Of a stretch of DNA of 64,000 nucleotides, positions 60,301 through 64,000 are shown one piece after another. The stretch spans positions 15,872,001 to 15,936,000 of the forward strand of contig OZ281497.1 of assembly GCA_965637545.1 (NCBI GenBank), read 5' to 3'. The notes below the pieces were generated by a model. It was not told the DNA's origin. It worked only from the letters and a program-made list of their open reading frames with translations, and did no database searches. Within the stretch, counting starts at the first letter, position 1; each line of letters begins with the position of its first letter. The DNA comes from Phallusia mammillata. Its lineage: Eukaryota. The position numbers were made by a program, and so were the translations under genes.

Positions 60301-63300
60301 AAAATACTGATCTTGTTTCGATTTAGGCCTTGTTGGATCAGCTTACTGAAATGGAAAATGAACTGAATATTTTGAACATTACTTTGGCACGTCAAACTTC
60401 GGAAGTTGAGGTATATATGTATTTTGATATTTTTCCTTAATTTGGCAAAAAATAGACAAATCAATATCCTTGTAAAAAAACATACTATTTCAACAATTTT
60501 TACGTCATACTCAAAAATTCGCTTCAATTCATGAACATGTTAATTTTGATAAAGTTGCTTCCAGTGTACAGATTTAGGAAAATTATTGTTTACAAAGTTC
60601 CATGATTAAACATCTATACATTTTTTACAATAAAATTATAATTTCGCTTTGTGCATGGCTTGGTGTTACATTTACTTCGCTTTGTAATGTTTAAGCTTGC
60701 AAGGGCCGGAAGACAAATAAAAAGCAAACCATCAGTACATCAACCGAAAAAAGAAAATAGCTCAACAGGGGGTTGGTTTGGTGGATTTTTCGGGCGTAAA
60801 TCAGCACCTGCCAGTGAAAAAGAGGAAGATGAATCTAAGACAGGTGCTTATGTCATTACCATTTGAAGCAAATGTCCATTGTTATAAATTATTGCCTTGC
60901 TTTTTTAGGTCTTGACTCGGTTATGTCAGATGATGAAAAAGCCAATCTATATTCAGCCATTGGTTACTCCGATGGGGAAATTGTTGATGTTAGCGGGTTT
61001 GAAAAGTCGTATATTGGCACCAAGTTAAATGTCGATCTAAAAAAGGTAAACATACAAAAACAAAAAAATGCTTTTTGAACAAAAATGACACTGGTGTGTG
61101 GATCTAGGTGTCTGTGGAGTTGTCAGACGAATCCATTTCTAAGCATGATTTAATAAGTCTTCGGTTGATTAATGTTTCTACTATTGTTGAGCAACGACCT
61201 TCAGCTAATGGATTGGGGTGAGTGCACTGGGTAAATATTAGGGCTATCGCTGCTTTTAACAAAAGATTTTTTTACATTATAGCGTTTTTCAAAATCTTTA
61301 TCTATTGTGCCCTGTAAGTTTTATGTACAGTGTCCCAAGCATGCTTGGCTGACCATGAAATATTACACAAATAAAATATAACGGCAGTTTCAGTTTATCC
61401 CAAATGAGTCCTAAAAATACACACTGCTATTTGCACTACCAAGGGTTATATGACAGACATACAATAACACTCAATTAAAAACATAAATAACAGTCATACA
61501 TTTGTCACTTGAATTTGTTTCTGGAGTTTACACAGCTGATTCCTTGATTTTACATATGTAGTCAACAAGTTATGCTGCACCATTTTGCAGGGTGACAGCA
61601 CATATGAGTTCGTTTGAAGTTGATGGAATGAAGCAGGAAGCTATTGTTCCGTGCATCGTGTCATCTGATATTGACAATTTAAACAAGTATACTTACCTGT
61701 ACTATATATCTATTTTATTCATTGTGTTTTCAGTACGACAGTGTATACCTGGTTTAGGTGGTTTCCATACTACATGTAGTAAAAACTAATAGTTTGTTTG
61801 TAAAAAGAACATGTGTATGTGTAATTGATTTTAAACATAAATATACGATACTGCATACCAACATTCAGGCAACTGCTGTTTATCATGGAAATTTTAAATT
61901 TTCTAAGTTCTTGTTGGTTGATTGCACCAAGAACATTAAAACATTATAGATAAGTTTACTCTTTATAGTTAACTCATAGGTCATTATGGACAAGTTAATT
62001 TTTTGATACTAGGTTTAACCATATTGTTGTTTAACAGTCTCGACAAACAACATCTCCTCACAGTTTTATTTGAAACAAATCCCTTGGATGAGTGCTGCGA
62101 TCAGAGGATTATTGTGAACTCTCAGCCACTACAGATAATCTATGATGCTGTATGTTGCCTGGGTTCTTATCAAAAATTGATTTTTTTCAATACCTTTGAG
62201 TTTTTTGCAAGAATAGTACAAAGAATGAAACACATGTAGTAAAGTAGAAACTATAAACTACTACAAACATTTTTCTGCATGTCTGTATTATGAAAAATCC
62301 TTTTTTGTTATTTTACGTTTATCTTTTAATCCATAACTCTCACCAAATGTTTTTGAACTATTGCCTCTATGTACTCTTGTGCTTTATCAGATTACGATCA
62401 ACAATCTACTAACGTTCTTCAAACCCCCAGAGAATGTGCAGTTGCAACAGTTGAGTTTTGTATTTCATTTCAGCAGCTCTTTGCTTGCCCCCCACATTTT
62501 CCCTTGAATTTCTCCATTGCCAATAAATTAACCTATAATTTCCTGTTTCCATTTACTTCAGCCTGTATTATATTTGAATGTCATTGCTAAATGTATACAG
62601 TGTAGCATATTTAACATATCTGTCTATCTCACAAAAATGAAAAATTTAAATACTATTACTCACTAGATTTGTTACTTTCTATTTTTACCATTTTCAAGTT
62701 ACAGTCTCAAGTACTTGCTTAAATACTGTGAAACTTCGGTATGTAAACATATGTATTTTAGATTAAGGGCAGTTGCAGCATCTGCATATGATGATGTAAA
62801 GGAACAAACGGCCACCGGTCTTCAACATGTAATGGAAAACAGAAGTGTGCTTGAAGTTGGTATCAGACTTTCATCATCATACATTGTTATTCCCCGAAAT
62901 GGAATATTTCAGGAGTGAGTCATTTTTTTGGTCTTTGTCCAAATCCAGTGTTTGCCTTTGGTCTGCACTAAATTTTGCAGTTGAATTTGTAATGTACAGT
63001 TTATAGTGGGTTGATCATTTGACATTGAAATAAATTAGTGAATCCCATTTTTGATTGTATTCCTGCTTATAGTATGTATTTTGGTGCTGAATTGTATTTA
63101 TTTGAGCCCTGTTTCATGAAGGGGACAACAGTTTGTTTTTTATCAGTTTGTTATATAGTTTACAAAAGCTGAAGCATGTATTTAACCCAAAGCCTTTTTA
63201 ATGTTTGTGTTACCATTCAAACATGTTTGGGTTACCATTCTGTTTTACATGAACCTGTTTGGTTAAGTCTCGTTGCAATGTAGTTTGAATGCAATTATTT

Positions 63301-64000
63301 TTATTCATTATTTAATGTGTTTTGCAGTGATTCAGATGTTTTAGTTCTTGATCTTGGTGAGCTTTGTCTGGAAAGTGACAACCAGGGCAGAACGCCGATG
63401 ATGAAAAAGAAGGTATGGAAATGTGCATGATTTTTTTGCATGGTGTCTGATGTAGTGCTTTCTAAAAACAGGATTGTCAACCTGCATTAACGCACTTCTC
63501 ATTTCCTGTTACTGTGTTAGAAACAGAAAATGTGAACACTGCCTGGTAGTTTACATGCAACCAAGACATTTGAAATGATATTTTACTGTTTTTTTTCCTA
63601 GTTTGTGCCAACTGACATTTATATTTCTCTATGTAAGCATGTCCAGCCTGCTATGCACTGTATTATCCAGCATGTCGTGTATTACATTTCTTGATTTTCA
63701 GAAGGTTGCCAAATTTGCATGGACTCAACAAATTAAGGAGGTACAGCATGTTTTGTTTGGTATGGTATGTTTGAACGACAAGACTTTACTGCACTTTTGT
63801 AGTATACACCTATGATAGTCAAACTAATTAAAGTAAATGTTATAACAGAGCTTGTATCAATGAATGCAGTGTTTTTTGTAAACATACTTGCCCACAACAA
63901 TTAAACTAATGAAAAGAGGCAACACGATCATTGTTATGCACTTATGGTTCTGAAATAGTTTTTTGCCATTTAGAATGAAGCTCTTGACCTTGAAGAGATG
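57340..64000 (+). CDS. VPS13C: VPS13A/C lipid-transfer protein, N-terminal chorein region (partial; continues beyond the window)
   Basis: [121 protein letters not shown]. First exons 57340-57439, 57690-57733, 57842-57884, 57951-58046, 58109-58207. The ascidian gene is probably co-orthologous to VPS13A and VPS13C. Confidence 0.95.

Overview
Eukaryotic, AT-rich, intron-containing genomic DNA from an invertebrate chordate, most likely an ascidian. This is an inference from the short GT-AG introns, the vertebrate-like orthologues and an exact copy of the Ciona-type 16-nt spliced leader. Six protein-coding genes are supported: PSME4/PA200 (-, one 5.8-kb intronless CDS), RNF11 (+), DOT1L (+), NIM1K (-), a Disabled/DAB adaptor (+) and the 5' part of VPS13A/C (+, runs off the window). 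Intergenic DNA at 0-2.3 kb, 10-14 kb and 41-46 kb holds many non-autonomous DNA transposons, most with exact 8-bp TSDs, plus a tRNA-derived SINE. The most interesting observations are: (i) a TSD-flanked, 5'-truncated Penelope-like retroelement with a perfect 162-bp inverted pseudo-LTR carrying a hammerhead ribozyme motif; (ii) a genomic spliced-leader copy fused to a UTR/ATG-like sequence, a probable retrocopy of a trans-spliced mRNA; (iii) the absence of coding introns in PSME4 among intron-rich neighbours; (iv) a 2,094-nt in-frame skippable DAB exon carrying AP-2-binding motifs. I see no prokaryotic-type system and no CRISPR array. All exon boundaries were read by eye and no database search was run.
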